From contig CAWDML010000001.1 in NCBI GenBank assembly GCA_963803435.1, positions 2,432,001 through 2,496,000 of the forward strand: DNA of 64,000 nt. Direction: 5' to 3'. The stretch is from an uncultured delta proteobacterium (GTDB lineage Bacteria > Myxococcota > Kuafuiibacteriia > Kuafuiibacteriales > Kuafuiibacteriaceae). Shown in pieces: positions 1 through 12,242 of this stretch (positions within the stretch are counted from its first letter, which is position 1; every line of letters begins with the position of its first letter). The translations under genes and the position numbers were made by a program. Under the pieces are notes generated by a model. It was not told the origin of the DNA and searched no databases. It worked only from the letters and a program-made list of their open reading frames with translations.

Positions 1-566
1 AACGCCGGAGTCACGATGCCGATCGGCTGCTCGATCATGACCCGATAGCAGGCGGCGTACGCGGTCAGCGCCGGCTCGCTCTGGGTCGCCGGCGTGACCA
101 GGTCCGGATCGACCGCCTTCCTCGGTATTCCGGCCTTGTCGAGCAGCCCCACCAGCTCCTTCGAGAACGGCCCGAAGGCCTCGATGAGGTTGCCGCCCTC
201 GACGCGGCTCGACACCTTCTTGACGCCGTCGGGCGAGCGCAGCTCGAACGTCAGCTCGACGCCCTTCGCGCCGCGTCCCAGCGTCCCGCTCAGGATCCAG
301 TCGGCGCCCAGGACGGTCGCGAGCTCCCGCTTGATGGCCGCGTCGTCGAGGTTGGCGAAGCGAGCCTCGTGGTGCTCGAAGACCCGGTTGAGCTGCTTCG
401 GATGGACGAGGTTCAGGTCGCCCAAGGCGCCCAGCGTCCCGAGCGCGCGGAGCTGGATCGCGACCCCGAGGTCGCCGACCAGCTCGTTCCTTCCCTCGAA
501 CGGCATCACCAGGATGGTCGGCGAGGTGATCGCGAGGCCGGCGAGGCCCATGGCAAGACCCAACAT
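1..566 (-). CDS. Secreted protein with TolB-N/CsgG-like N-terminal domain (3' end outside window)
   Basis: Read manually on the minus strand from ATG 566: MLGLAMGLAGLAITSPTILVMPFEG...LATVLGADWILSGTL. It is open to the window edge, with a hydrophobic leader and the 'vMPF' and 'LGADwilsG' motifs typical of this fold. Not in the ORF track because there is no stop codon in the window. Confidence 0.55.
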   Translation of the reverse strand, partial: MLGLAMGLAGLAITSPTILVMPFEGRNELVGDLGVAIQLRALGTLGALGDLNLVHPKQLNRVFEHHEARFANLDDAAIKRELATVLGADWILSGTLGRGAKGVELTFELRSPDGVKKVSSRVEGGNLIEAFGPFSKELVGLLDKAGIPRKAVDPDLVTPATQSEPALTAYAACYRVMIEQPIGIVTPA

Positions 567-656
567 CGGGCGCACGCTAGCCCGGATCGAGCTGAGGGTC
601 AGCAAAGCGTCGGATCGCGGAGGTCCGGCCGCTCTGGAAGCCGCTGAAGCGGCGGC

Positions 657-2033
657 TCAGTCCTTGGCGGCCTCGTCCTTGGGCGGGCGGTACGCGTCGA
701 GCGTGAGCCCGTGCTTGTCGAGCCAGCGGTAGACCTGCTGCCGGTGCTTGCCCGTGAGCCGCGAGATCTCGGCGACGTTGCCGCCATGTTCGATCAGCAT
801 CTGCTCGAGCACCTCCTTGGTCGGCTCCTCCTCGAGCCGGACCGGCGGCGCCGCCTCGACAGTCTTGGGCGGGTTCCGGATCGACGGCGGCAGCGCCGTG
901 GTCTCCAACCGATCCGCCTGCGCGACGTAGAGGCGCCCGCGTTCGGCGGCGTGCAGCAACTCCCGGACGTTCTGCGGCCACGCGTGCAGCAGCAAGGCCT
1001 CGGCGGTCTCGAGCGCGATCGGCTTGTCGGACGCGAAGAAGCGCCCGAACAACCGCAGCACCTCCTCGCGGCGCTGCGACAGGGGCGGCAGCTCGATCAC
1101 GAATCCTGCGAGGCGGGCCAAGAGGTCGGAGCGAAACAGGCCTGCCTGCACCATGTCCTCCAGACGCTGGTGCGTCGCCGCCATGATGCGAACGTCGACG
1201 TCGATCTCCACGTCGGACCCGACCGGCCGGACCTTCCGCTCCTGGAGCGCGCGCAGGAGCGCAGGCTGTTGATCGAGCGGCAGCTCCGCGATCTCGTCGA
1301 GGAAGAGCGTGCCGCCCTTCGCCCGGGCGAACAGTCCGGTGCGCGAGCCTTGAGCGCCGGAGAAGGCGCCCGCGGCGTGTCCGAACAGCTCGCTGCCGAT
1401 CAGCTCGCGGGAGAAGGTGGCGCAGTTGACCGCGACCAGCTCGCCCTTACGGCCGCTCTGCTGGTGGATCCGGTGGGCCATGAGCTCCTTGCCGGCGCCC
1501 GTCGGTCCCACGATCAGGATGGGCAGCTCGGTGGGCGCCGCCAGATCGGCCGCGGCCTCGGCGACCGCGCGCCCCAGCGCCACCCCGTGCTGCGCGCCGG
1601 CCACCGACAGCCCCGCGGGCACCTCGACGTCCGCGTGGACGAGCAGCGAGCCGCCGATCCGGATCACCGATCCGTGCGCGAGCCGCGCCGTCTCCACCTT
1701 CTGGCCGCCCACGAAGACGCCGTTCTTGCTCCCCCGATCGACGACGCAGTAGTGGTCTTCGCCGCGGTCGTGGCGCACTTCGGCGTGAACGCGGCTGGCC
1801 TTGCCGTCGCCCTCGAGCGCGATGTTTCGCGGTCCCTCGCCCGGATCGCGTCCGATCAGATACGGCTTGCGATCGAGGACCCAGATCCCGTGGGATTGGA
1901 TCCGTCCGCCCGAGAAGACCAACGTCAGCGTGCGAAGGCGCCGCATCCCCGCCGGCTTGGTCGGGTTGGGCGCGACCTCGGTGGTCATCTGGGCGGGAAT
2001 CCGGAGTCCTTGGTCGTCTCGATCGCCGCTCAT
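657..2033 (-). CDS. FHA-domain sigma54-dependent enhancer-binding protein (Fis family)
   Basis: FHA motifs (IGR, SRVHA, SKNGVF), Walker A GPTGAGKE, GAFSGA loop, LFLDEI, WPQNVREL and a C-terminal HTH. Confidence 0.95.
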   Translation of the reverse strand: MSGDRDDQGLRIPAQMTTEVAPNPTKPAGMRRLRTLTLVFSGGRIQSHGIWVLDRKPYLIGRDPGEGPRNIALEGDGKASRVHAEVRHDRGEDHYCVVDRGSKNGVFVGGQKVETARLAHGSVIRIGGSLLVHADVEVPAGLSVAGAQHGVALGRAVAEAAADLAAPTELPILIVGPTGAGKELMAHRIHQQSGRKGELVAVNCATFSRELIGSELFGHAAGAFSGAQGSRTGLFARAKGGTLFLDEIAELPLDQQPALLRALQERKVRPVGSDVEIDVDVRIMAATHQRLEDMVQAGLFRSDLLARLAGFVIELPPLSQRREEVLRLFGRFFASDKPIALETAEALLLHAWPQNVRELLHAAERGRLYVAQADRLETTALPPSIRNPPKTVEAAPPVRLEEEPTKEVLEQMLIEHGGNVAEISRLTGKHRQQVYRWLDKHGLTLDAYRPPKDEAAKD

Positions 2034-2085
2034 CGCGCCGGGCTTGCACGGTAGGCGCAGGTCGGCTCAAAGCGCAAGCTGGACG

Positions 2086-3084
2086 ATGAGACCGTTCGTT
2101 CCCAATCGGCTGCTTCCGTCGGCGCACGCCATGACGATCGCCGGCGCGCTCCGCGCGAGCCGGCCCCTGCCGTCCACCACCGAGCGCGTGTTCGCGATCG
2201 ATGCGGAGACCCGCGTGCTCGCCCTGGTGAACCGCCGCCCCGACGACGCTCCCACGCTGCTCGTGCTGCACGGTCTCACCGGCTCCGCCGGCGCCGGTTA
2301 CCTGGGGACGCTCGCCGCCAAGGCGTACGCCCGCGGCTTCACCGTGGTGCGGCTGAACGCCCGCAACTGCGGCGGGACCGAGCACCTGACACCGACCCTC
2401 TATCACTCGGGGCTCACCGGCGACTGTCGCGCGGTGCTCGAGCAGCTCGCGCAAGACGGCTTGCAGCGCCCGTTCCTGGTCGGCTACTCGATGGGAGGAA
2501 ACATCGCACTCAAGCTGGGCTGCGAGCTCGGCCAAGCGGCGCCCCGCTTCCTCCGCGGGGTGGCCGCGATCTCACCGCCGATCGAGCTGGGCCAGGCCTC
2601 GCAGGCGATCGACCGCGGGCTGTTCAACGGGATCTATCAGCGGAGCTTTCTCCGCTCGCTCACCGGCCTCGTGCGGAGGAAGGCCGTCCTCTTCCCCGAC
2701 CGCTACGATCCGTCCGGCCTGGATCGCATCCGCTCGCTGCGGGCCTACGACGACCGCTACATCGCGCCGATGTTCGGCTTCACCGGCGCCGACGACTACT
2801 ACGCACGCGCCAGCGCCGGTCCTCTGCTGGACGCGCTCGCGGTGCCCGCGCTCGTGATCCACGCCCGCGACGACAGCATCATCCCCGTCGCGCCGTTCGA
2901 GGCCTGGCGTGCGCGGGGGCCCGAGCGCGTGACGTTCCTCCTCACCGATCGCGGCGGTCACACCGGCTTCATCGCGCGCGGCGGTCGGGAGGAGGATCGC
3001 TACTGGGCGGAGAACCGGGTGCTCGAGTGGGTGCAGCGGGCGTGCCGCGAAGAGAGTGGAATCGGGGGCGGGGCCCGTGCGTAA
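2086..3084 (+). CDS. YheT-family alpha/beta hydrolase
   Basis: LHGLTGS, RNCGG, YHSG, GYSMGG nucleophile elbow, DD and GGHTGF; ATG 2086 chosen as start. Confidence 0.9.
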   Translation: MRPFVPNRLLPSAHAMTIAGALRASRPLPSTTERVFAIDAETRVLALVNRRPDDAPTLLVLHGLTGSAGAGYLGTLAAKAYARGFTVVRLNARNCGGTEHLTPTLYHSGLTGDCRAVLEQLAQDGLQRPFLVGYSMGGNIALKLGCELGQAAPRFLRGVAAISPPIELGQASQAIDRGLFNGIYQRSFLRSLTGLVRRKAVLFPDRYDPSGLDRIRSLRAYDDRYIAPMFGFTGADDYYARASAGPLLDALAVPALVIHARDDSIIPVAPFEAWRARGPERVTFLLTDRGGHTGFIARGGREEDRYWAENRVLEWVQRACREESGIGGGARA

Positions 3085-3092
3085 TGGCTTGA

Positions 3093-3840
3093 ATGGGCCG
3101 CCCCCGCCTCCCCGCCGTCCTCGCCCTGCTGGTCCTCCCTCGGGTGGCACACGCCGACTTCGCCGCGGACCAGAAGCGGTTCCCGAGGGTCGAGAAGGCG
3201 TTCGAGAGCACCGAGGCCGGGCTCCGGAAGCACTTCGCGGCGCGGGGCCTGGCCTTCCCTCCGGAGCAGATCTTTCTCCGCGTGCTCAAGCGCGAGAAGC
3301 AGCTCGAGCTGTGGACGCGTGATCCGAAGAAGGGCTGGACGCTCGGCAAGACCTATCCGTTCTGCTATGCCTCCGGTCACCTCGGTCCGAAGCGGAGGCA
3401 GGGCGACAGCCAGGTGCCCGAGGGCTTCTATCAGATTCGATCGGTTCAACCCATCGAGCAGCTACCACCTCTCGTTAGGGGTGAGCTATCCGAACCGCGC
3501 GGACGTGATCCTGGGAGAGAAAGGCCGGCTCGGCGGCGACATCTTCATCCACGGCGACTGCGTGAGCATCGGCTGCATCGCGATCACCGACGCGATGATC
3601 GACGAGGTCTACACGCTCGCGGTCCTGGCGCGCGCCCGCGGGCAGCGCCGGATCCCGGTCCACATCTTTCCGGGGCGGCTCGACGAAGAGGGCATGGCGT
3701 ACTTCGAGCGCCGGTACGGGGGAGCGTTGCTGGAGTTCTGGAAGAACCTCTCGGTGGGCTACCGCTGGTTCGAGGAGAAGAAGGCCCTGCCGAAGGTCGA
3801 CGTCCTGGCCGACGGACGCTACGCGTTCTCGGGGACGTAG
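3093..3840 (+). CDS. L,D-transpeptidase-family (YafK/DpaA-like) murein enzyme, frameshift at ~3436
   Basis: GPKRRQGDSQVPEGFY in one frame continues as DRFNPSSSYHLSLGVSYPN...IFIHGDCVSIGC in the next. Removing one T from GATTC 3434-3438 joins them. Confidence 0.88.
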
Positions 3841-4649
3841 CCTTCGGGATGCGAGACTCCGCCCTCTCCGAAGAGAAAGATCTCGCACTGCTCCATCAAC
3901 ATCTTCATCGCACTCTGGTCGGCGGAGTGGATCCGGTACTCGTTCAGGATCATCTTGCAGTGCTCGACCCAGGCCTCCCACGCGTCCGCCGAGATCTCGT
4001 TGTAGATCCGCTCGCCGAGCGGCCCGGGGTAGGGACGACGCTTGAGGCCCGGCAGCTCCTTCTTGAGCTTGGTACAGAAGACGGTGCGCCGGCTGCTGGC
4101 GAAGCGATTGGCCGTGGGATCGTGGAGCGCGTTCGCGTGGGTGCTGTGGTCGTGATCGTGCCCAGGTCCCGCGGCGGCCGCAGCCGCGGGCTCGGCCTCC
4201 TGCTTCTTGGCCCGGTTCGCCTCGTTGTTGATCCACTTGTAGGACCGTCCCTCGGGCTCGCCCTCCTCGACCGGAAGACCGGAGTCCACCCAGCCGGGGG
4301 TCACCATGGTGCCGTCATCCCCACGCTCGGACGAGAACCCGCCGCGAAGATCGATCACGTTTTGATAGCCGAGGTTCTTCAGCTCGTTCGCCGCGCGCAG
4401 GGAGCGCGCACCCATGGCGCAGGAGGTGATGATCTTGGTCGACTTCTCCGGAAACACGAACTGCACGATCCGCGAGAAGTCCTGGTTGGGAATGTTCCCC
4501 TGCGGGGTGCGGTGCAGGAACGGGACATTGTACGCGCCCGCCGGATGTCCGGCCGCGAACTCCGGCATCGAACGGACGTCGAGGAGACGGTACCCCTCTT
4601 CTTCCACCAGCCGTTTCGCCTCTTCGGCGCCGACACGCTTCAGATCCAT
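3819..4649 (-). CDS. Rhodanese domain fused to YggX-type Fe(II)-trafficking/oxidative-damage protection domain
   Basis: LLDVR..EF..GHP.GAYNVP and active loop CAMGARS; His-rich linker; C-terminal RTVFCTKLKKELPGL..PYPGPLGERIYNEISADAW..W....MILNEYR...GYVP matches YggX. Confidence 0.88.
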   Translation of the reverse strand: MDLKRVGAEEAKRLVEEEGYRLLDVRSMPEFAAGHPAGAYNVPFLHRTPQGNIPNQDFSRIVQFVFPEKSTKIITSCAMGARSLRAANELKNLGYQNVIDLRGGFSSERGDDGTMVTPGWVDSGLPVEEGEPEGRSYKWINNEANRAKKQEAEPAAAAAAGPGHDHDHSTHANALHDPTANRFASSRRTVFCTKLKKELPGLKRRPYPGPLGERIYNEISADAWEAWVEHCKMILNEYRIHSADQSAMKMLMEQCEIFLFGEGGVSHPEGYVPENA

Positions 4650-4702
4650 CGAACCACTCAAAGAGGATCCCGGGCCCGTTGTAAAGCGGTATCGTCGGTG
4701 GG

Positions 4703-7286
<2,584 letters not shown>

Positions 7287-7322
7287 ACCCCTGGGGCAAA
7301 AGATGTGGGGACACCGCCCACG

Positions 7323-8066
7323 CTAGGGTGAGTCATGCGCGCCTTGCGGGAGCGCAGGCGCCCAGCGCAGGTACGCACGCTCGGCGCCCTCGGGCGTCGC
7401 GTCATCGCGCCCCGCGAACTGCGTCTCCCCACTCTTGGTGTTCTCGAACTCCTCGGCGGTCACCGGAACGACCTTGAACAGGTTGACCCGATGATCGGCG
7501 GCGACGTCGATCTCTCCGGCCGGCACCAGGTCGAAGTACTGCAGGTTGTGTTGCGGTTGGCGCAGCTGCACCGTCGCGTACGCCTTGAACGTGCGGCCCG
7601 CCTCCGGGTCGAGGAGCAGCTTACCCAGCGCCGACAACACCTCGGCGATCGGTGGACCGTAGTTGCGCGTCTCGGCGAACAGCTCCACGTACACGTTCTC
7701 GCCGTCGATCGACTGGCGCGGAACTCGGCCGAATCCGACGGTCAGGACGATGTGCGTTCGCCCTCGCCCGATGCGACGGAACGCGTAGACGGTGTGCTCC
7801 GGCGCCGCGCCCTCGGCCGGGAATCTCTTCTCGTCCACGGGCCGCGATCGATTGCGAAGCCGGAACTCGCGGAGCAGCTCGTTGCGGTAGGCGTCGTCGG
7901 CGATCTTCGGCGCCAGCGGCGGCGGCGGCGGCGGCGTGGGCGCAGGCTTCGGGGTGGCGGGCGTGACCGTCTGCTGCGCGACCGGCGGTGGTTGCGAGGT
8001 CGTCTGCGTCCCGCACGCGGCGACCGCGAGCAGCGCAGAGAGCCCGATGCGCTTTTTTCCCGCCAT
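7323..8066 (-). CDS. Lipoprotein with suppressor-of-fused (SUFU)-like domain
   Basis: Lipobox VAAC and Pro-rich linker, then LTVGF, YVELF and VNLFKVVPVTAEEF resembling bacterial SUFU motifs. The domain call is tentative. Confidence 0.6.
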   Translation of the reverse strand: MAGKKRIGLSALLAVAACGTQTTSQPPPVAQQTVTPATPKPAPTPPPPPPLAPKIADDAYRNELLREFRLRNRSRPVDEKRFPAEGAAPEHTVYAFRRIGRGRTHIVLTVGFGRVPRQSIDGENVYVELFAETRNYGPPIAEVLSALGKLLLDPEAGRTFKAYATVQLRQPQHNLQYFDLVPAGEIDVAADHRVNLFKVVPVTAEEFENTKSGETQFAGRDDATPEGAERAYLRWAPALPQGAHDSP

Positions 8067-8089
8067 GCGGGAGACCTACTCCAACTTTC

Positions 8090-8476
8090 TCAGGGCAGGA
8101 AGAAGACGAGCGCGGTGGCGGCCAGCGCGGAGAGGAGGCTCGCCCCGACCACCCGGTTCGCCAGGCTCTTGGCCTCGTCGACCTCGGCCCGAGAGCAGAC
8201 GGGCTCCACCTCCCCGGCCTCATTCACGCGGGTCCGCCGATTCACGTGGAAGGGGCAGGTCCGGTACAGGCCCTGCATTGCGCCCATCGCGGCCCCCATG
8301 AACGGGATGAACAGCGCCAGGCGCCAGATCCGCGGGATCGGGAGCTGAACCATCAAGATCGTGAGACCCAGCGCGATGGTGGTGGAAACGATGGCCTGCC
8401 GGAGCCGGACGTTCTGGGCCCCGGCGCCGAGGTTGTGACCAGGCAGCGCGCGATCTTCGCGGACGAGTCCTCGCAT
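8090..8476 (-). CDS. Small membrane protein of unknown function
   Basis: 128 aa with about 3 hydrophobic segments and a TCP motif; co-oriented with the downstream genes. Confidence 0.7.
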   Translation of the reverse strand: MRGLVREDRALPGHNLGAGAQNVRLRQAIVSTTIALGLTILMVQLPIPRIWRLALFIPFMGAAMGAMQGLYRTCPFHVNRRTRVNEAGEVEPVCSRAEVDEAKSLANRVVGASLLSALAATALVFFLP

Positions 8477-8542
8477 CGATGGGTCCCAGGCTAGCCGCGA
8501 CGGATCGGCGGACGCAAGCGCGCTATAGTCGAGGCTGCGGGG

Positions 8543-11284
8543 ATGAGCGGGGCGTTCGGCGACTATTTCGACGTCCGGGAGGGGGAGGGACCGCTGGTCC
8601 TACAGACGACACTCACCCTCGCCGGCCTGATCGCAGCGCACACGATGCTGGAGACGGCCCGGGACGCGCTGTTCCTGGGTGAGCTGACCGCGAACCGACT
8701 TCCGCTGGTTTACGTGCTCCTGGCGGGGCTCTCGATCATCGTCGCAAAAACGAACGCTCGCTTCACCGAGAGCTTCGGACGCCGCAACGGCCTGATCATC
8801 ACGCTCCTCGGCGCCGCCTACGGCACGATCCTCATCTTCCTCCTGCCCGAGTCCAAGGCCTCGATCTTCGGCCTCTATGTGTGGAGCGCCACGCTCGGGA
8901 CCGTGATGGTCGTCCAGTTCTGGATGTACCTCGGGAGCGTCTTCACGGTCTCGCAGGGCTCCCGACTCTTCGGGCTGGTGACCTCGGGCGGCGTGCTGGG
9001 CGCGGTCCTGGGCGCCTCGCTGTCGGTTCTGGTGCTGCGCCTGTTGCCGGTGTCGTCCCTGCTCCTGATCTCGTCGGGCATCTTCCTCCTCACCGCGCTC
9101 GGGCTGACGAGCCTGAGCGTCGACGCCCCGGAGGCGCCCTCGAAGCGCCGGCGGGACCCGCCGATCGCCTCCGGCTTCGGTCTCTTCAAGCAGCACCCCT
9201 ACCTGGTGCGGATCGCAGGGCTGCTCACGATCTCCACCGCGGCGGTGCTGGTCACCGACTACCTGTTCAAGTCGGCGGCCGCCTCTCACTACCGCCCCGA
9301 GGAGCTGGGCCGATTCTTCGCCAGCTACTACGCGGGTCTCAACGCCGTCGCGCTGGTGGTGCAGGTCTTCATCGCGGGACGCCTCGTCGATCGCGCCGGC
9401 GTGATCAGCGCCTTCCTCGTCCTCCCCGTCCTGCTCAGCGCCGGCGGTATCGGCACGCTGATCCTCGGCGGCGCGTTCATGGCGGTGCTGCTGACCAAGG
9501 GCGCCGACGGCTCACTGCGACACTCGCTGCACCGCATCTCGACGGAGCTCCTCTGGCTCCCGCTCCCCGACTCCGTGCGCGCGCGGAGCAAGGCCTTCGT
9601 CGACACGGTGGTGGTGCGGAGCACGCAGGCGCTGGTCGCCGGGCTGCTGCTCGTGCTGTCGATGTTCGCGCTCGACTCGGTGCCGATCCTGGCTGCGGTG
9701 GTGGCGGTCCTCTCGATCGTCTGGATCGCGTGGGCGTTCTCGCTCCGGGGGCCGTACCTCGATCTCTTCCGCCGGGCGCTCAACCGCAGCACGCCCGACG
9801 AGAAGCGACACCTCCAGCTGGACCTGAATGCGATCGAGGTCGTCGTCGAGCGGCTGTCGAGCCGCGATCCCGGCGAGGTGATCGCGGCGATCGATCTGCT
9901 CGCCGCCAGCCACCGCGCGCGGCTGATCCCTGGGCTGATCCTGTATCACGAGGACGAGTCCGTCCTGATCCGCGCCCTCGGCGTGGTCGGAACGCCCGAT
10001 CGGCGCGACTGGATCCCGCTCGCCGAGCGCCTGCTGGATCACCGCTCGCCCAAGGTCCGCGTGGCGGCGCTCCGGGCGCTGGCTCGGACCGGCGACCGCA
10101 AGTCGATCGAGGCGCGCATGCTCGACATCAGCCCGTACGTCCGGGCCCACGCCGCGTTCTGGTTGGCGAACCTTCAGGAGGACGCGCCGCCGATCGACGA
10201 TCCCGGGGTGGCGCAGATCCTCGAGATGGGCGCGTGGGCGGCGGGCGGCGACGCGCAGGTGGGCCTTCTCGAGGCGATCCGCGCCGGCGGCGACGAGCGC
10301 TGGATCGACGTGATCGCCGTGCTGGCTGCGTCGGAGGACCAGCGCGTCTCGGAGGCGGCCGTCCTCGCCATCGGGAAGGTGCGCGACGAACGATTCCTCC
10401 CCTTGTTGATCGACCGGCTGGGGATGCGCTCGAGCCGCGACGTGGTGCGCGAGGCGATCGTCGCGCTCGGCGATCCGGCACTCGACGCCCTCGAGAAGGC
10501 GCTCTCGGATCGATCCACCGCGCGCGCGATCCGCCGCCACCTCCCGCGCACGATCTCGCGCTGCACCGTCCAGCGCGCCGCCGACATCCTCACGCGGCAG
10601 CTCCTCGCGGAGGAGGACGGGACCGTGCGCTTCAAGATCCTGCGGGGGCTGGGGCGGCTGGCGGCCGAGCCGTCCATCCGGATCGATCGAGAGGCGATCG
10701 AGCGACGGATGAACGCGGAGTTGATCGAGCACATGCGACTTCAGTCGCTGTGCGCTCCGATCCAGCGCGACCTCGCGCAGAGCCCGGACGCGCGGATGAG
10801 CGGCCGCCTGCTGGTGGGGCTCCTCACGGACAAGATGGACCAGGCGCTCGAGCGCGTGTTCCGGCTGCTGCAGATCTCTCACCGCAACGAGGACATCCGC
10901 AGCGTGGCGTTCGCGGCCCGCTCCCGGGACAAGCGCGTGCGCGCGCAGGCGCTCGAGTTCGTGTCGACGTTGACGCTGTCGTCGTCGATCCCCGAGAACC
11001 GCGAGCTGCTACGGATCATCATCGACGACCTCTCGCCCGAGGAGCGCCTGCGCCGCGCCGCCGTCTACATCCCGGGTGCGCCGCAGACGCATCGCTCGGC
11101 GGTCCTGAAGCTGCTCGAGGACGAGGACGAGGCGCTCGCCGGAATCGCCACCTACCACGGGCTGCAGATCGGCGGGCTCAAGCAGGAGGTCCTCAACATC
11201 TCCAAGGACAGCCCGCTGTGGAAGCAGGTGAAGGCCATGCTCGAGGGTGTATCCGGCCTGCGCGAGGTGCCCAATGTCGCGTGA
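8543..11284 (+). CDS. Npt1/Npt2 (TLC)-like nucleotide transporter domain + HEAT repeats
   Basis: ~12 TM N-terminal half with ETARDALFL, QFW, DYLFK, SLRHSL and RARSKAFVD; C-terminal HEAT-like repeats (VRVAALRAL, VREAIVALG). Confidence 0.85.
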   Translation: MSGAFGDYFDVREGEGPLVLQTTLTLAGLIAAHTMLETARDALFLGELTANRLPLVYVLLAGLSIIVAKTNARFTESFGRRNGLIITLLGAAYGTILIFLLPESKASIFGLYVWSATLGTVMVVQFWMYLGSVFTVSQGSRLFGLVTSGGVLGAVLGASLSVLVLRLLPVSSLLLISSGIFLLTALGLTSLSVDAPEAPSKRRRDPPIASGFGLFKQHPYLVRIAGLLTISTAAVLVTDYLFKSAAASHYRPEELGRFFASYYAGLNAVALVVQVFIAGRLVDRAGVISAFLVLPVLLSAGGIGTLILGGAFMAVLLTKGADGSLRHSLHRISTELLWLPLPDSVRARSKAFVDTVVVRSTQALVAGLLLVLSMFALDSVPILAAVVAVLSIVWIAWAFSLRGPYLDLFRRALNRSTPDEKRHLQLDLNAIEVVVERLSSRDPGEVIAAIDLLAASHRARLIPGLILYHEDESVLIRALGVVGTPDRRDWIPLAERLLDHRSPKVRVAALRALARTGDRKSIEARMLDISPYVRAHAAFWLANLQEDAPPIDDPGVAQILEMGAWAAGGDAQVGLLEAIRAGGDERWIDVIAVLAASEDQRVSEAAVLAIGKVRDERFLPLLIDRLGMRSSRDVVREAIVALGDPALDALEKALSDRSTARAIRRHLPRTISRCTVQRAADILTRQLLAEEDGTVRFKILRGLGRLAAEPSIRIDREAIERRMNAELIEHMRLQSLCAPIQRDLAQSPDARMSGRLLVGLLTDKMDQALERVFRLLQISHRNEDIRSVAFAARSRDKRVRAQALEFVSTLTLSSSIPENRELLRIIIDDLSPEERLRRAAVYIPGAPQTHRSAVLKLLEDEDEALAGIATYHGLQIGGLKQEVLNISKDSPLWKQVKAMLEGVSGLREVPNVA

Positions 11285-12242
11285 CGACGCGGTCCAACGC
11301 GAGCTCTTCATCCGCACGTTCTTTGCCATGGCTGCGCCCGAGCGCGTGACCAACCAGCTGGTCGCCAGCATGCGCGACGTCGAGTTCCCCGCCGGCGCGA
11401 TCATCTTCCACGCCGGCGACCCGCCCGATCAGCTCTTCTTCGTCTCGAGCGGCACGGTGCGGCTCGAGGCCGAGGGCGAGAAGCCGTGGACGTTCGAGAC
11501 GACCTCGGTGATCGGCATTCTCGACGCCGCGCTCCAGCGCAACCACGCGCGCACCGCGGTGGCGGGGACCGAGGTCCACGCGATCGTGATCGACTTCGAG
11601 GACTATGCCGAGATCATGGAGGACAACTTCGACTTCACCCGGATCGAGATGATCCAGGCGGCCCGGGCCATCCATCAGCTATCGCTGAAGCTACCCTCCA
11701 GTCGCGTCTTTCCCTCCGCGGAGCTGGAGAACCCCGCCGGGATCGAGATCGTGCGGGCGGGTCGCCCGCTCAACCAGATCGAACGGCTGGTGGTGCTGCA
11801 CAACGCACGGTACTTCACGAACGCGCCCATCCAAGCCCTGGTGACGCTGGCGAAGGTCGCGAAGGAAGAGACCTGGAAGTCCGATGACGTGCTCTTCCAG
11901 CCTGGAGATCCGACGCACGAGATCCGGATCGTGTCGTCCGGCGAGATCAGGATCACCCGCGACTATCCTTCGATCGAGGCGGTGTTCGCTGCCGGCGGAT
12001 TGATCTGCGCGACCGCCGCCATCGGTTGCGAAGTCTACGAGTACACGGCGACCGCGCTGACCGAGGCGACCACGCTCGTCATCCTCAAGGAGGATCTGTT
12101 CGACGTGATGGAGGATCACTTCGGCCTCGGTATGACGCTGTTCGGGTTCGTCGCCCGGGAGAACGAACGGATCCGCGGCCAGCTCGTCGCCGAGGACAGG
12201 CGCCCCGAGACTGAACCGACGGCCGTGGCCGTGACCGGGTGA
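11274..12242 (+). CDS. Tandem cyclic-nucleotide-binding domain protein
   Basis: Two cNMP-fold units (IFHAGDPPDQLFFVSSGTV; LFQPGDPTHEIRIVSSGEI); start overlaps the upstream gene's 3' end. Confidence 0.85.
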   Translation: MSRDDAVQRELFIRTFFAMAAPERVTNQLVASMRDVEFPAGAIIFHAGDPPDQLFFVSSGTVRLEAEGEKPWTFETTSVIGILDAALQRNHARTAVAGTEVHAIVIDFEDYAEIMEDNFDFTRIEMIQAARAIHQLSLKLPSSRVFPSAELENPAGIEIVRAGRPLNQIERLVVLHNARYFTNAPIQALVTLAKVAKEETWKSDDVLFQPGDPTHEIRIVSSGEIRITRDYPSIEAVFAAGGLICATAAIGCEVYEYTATALTEATTLVILKEDLFDVMEDHFGLGMTLFGFVARENERIRGQLVAEDRRPETEPTAVAVTG

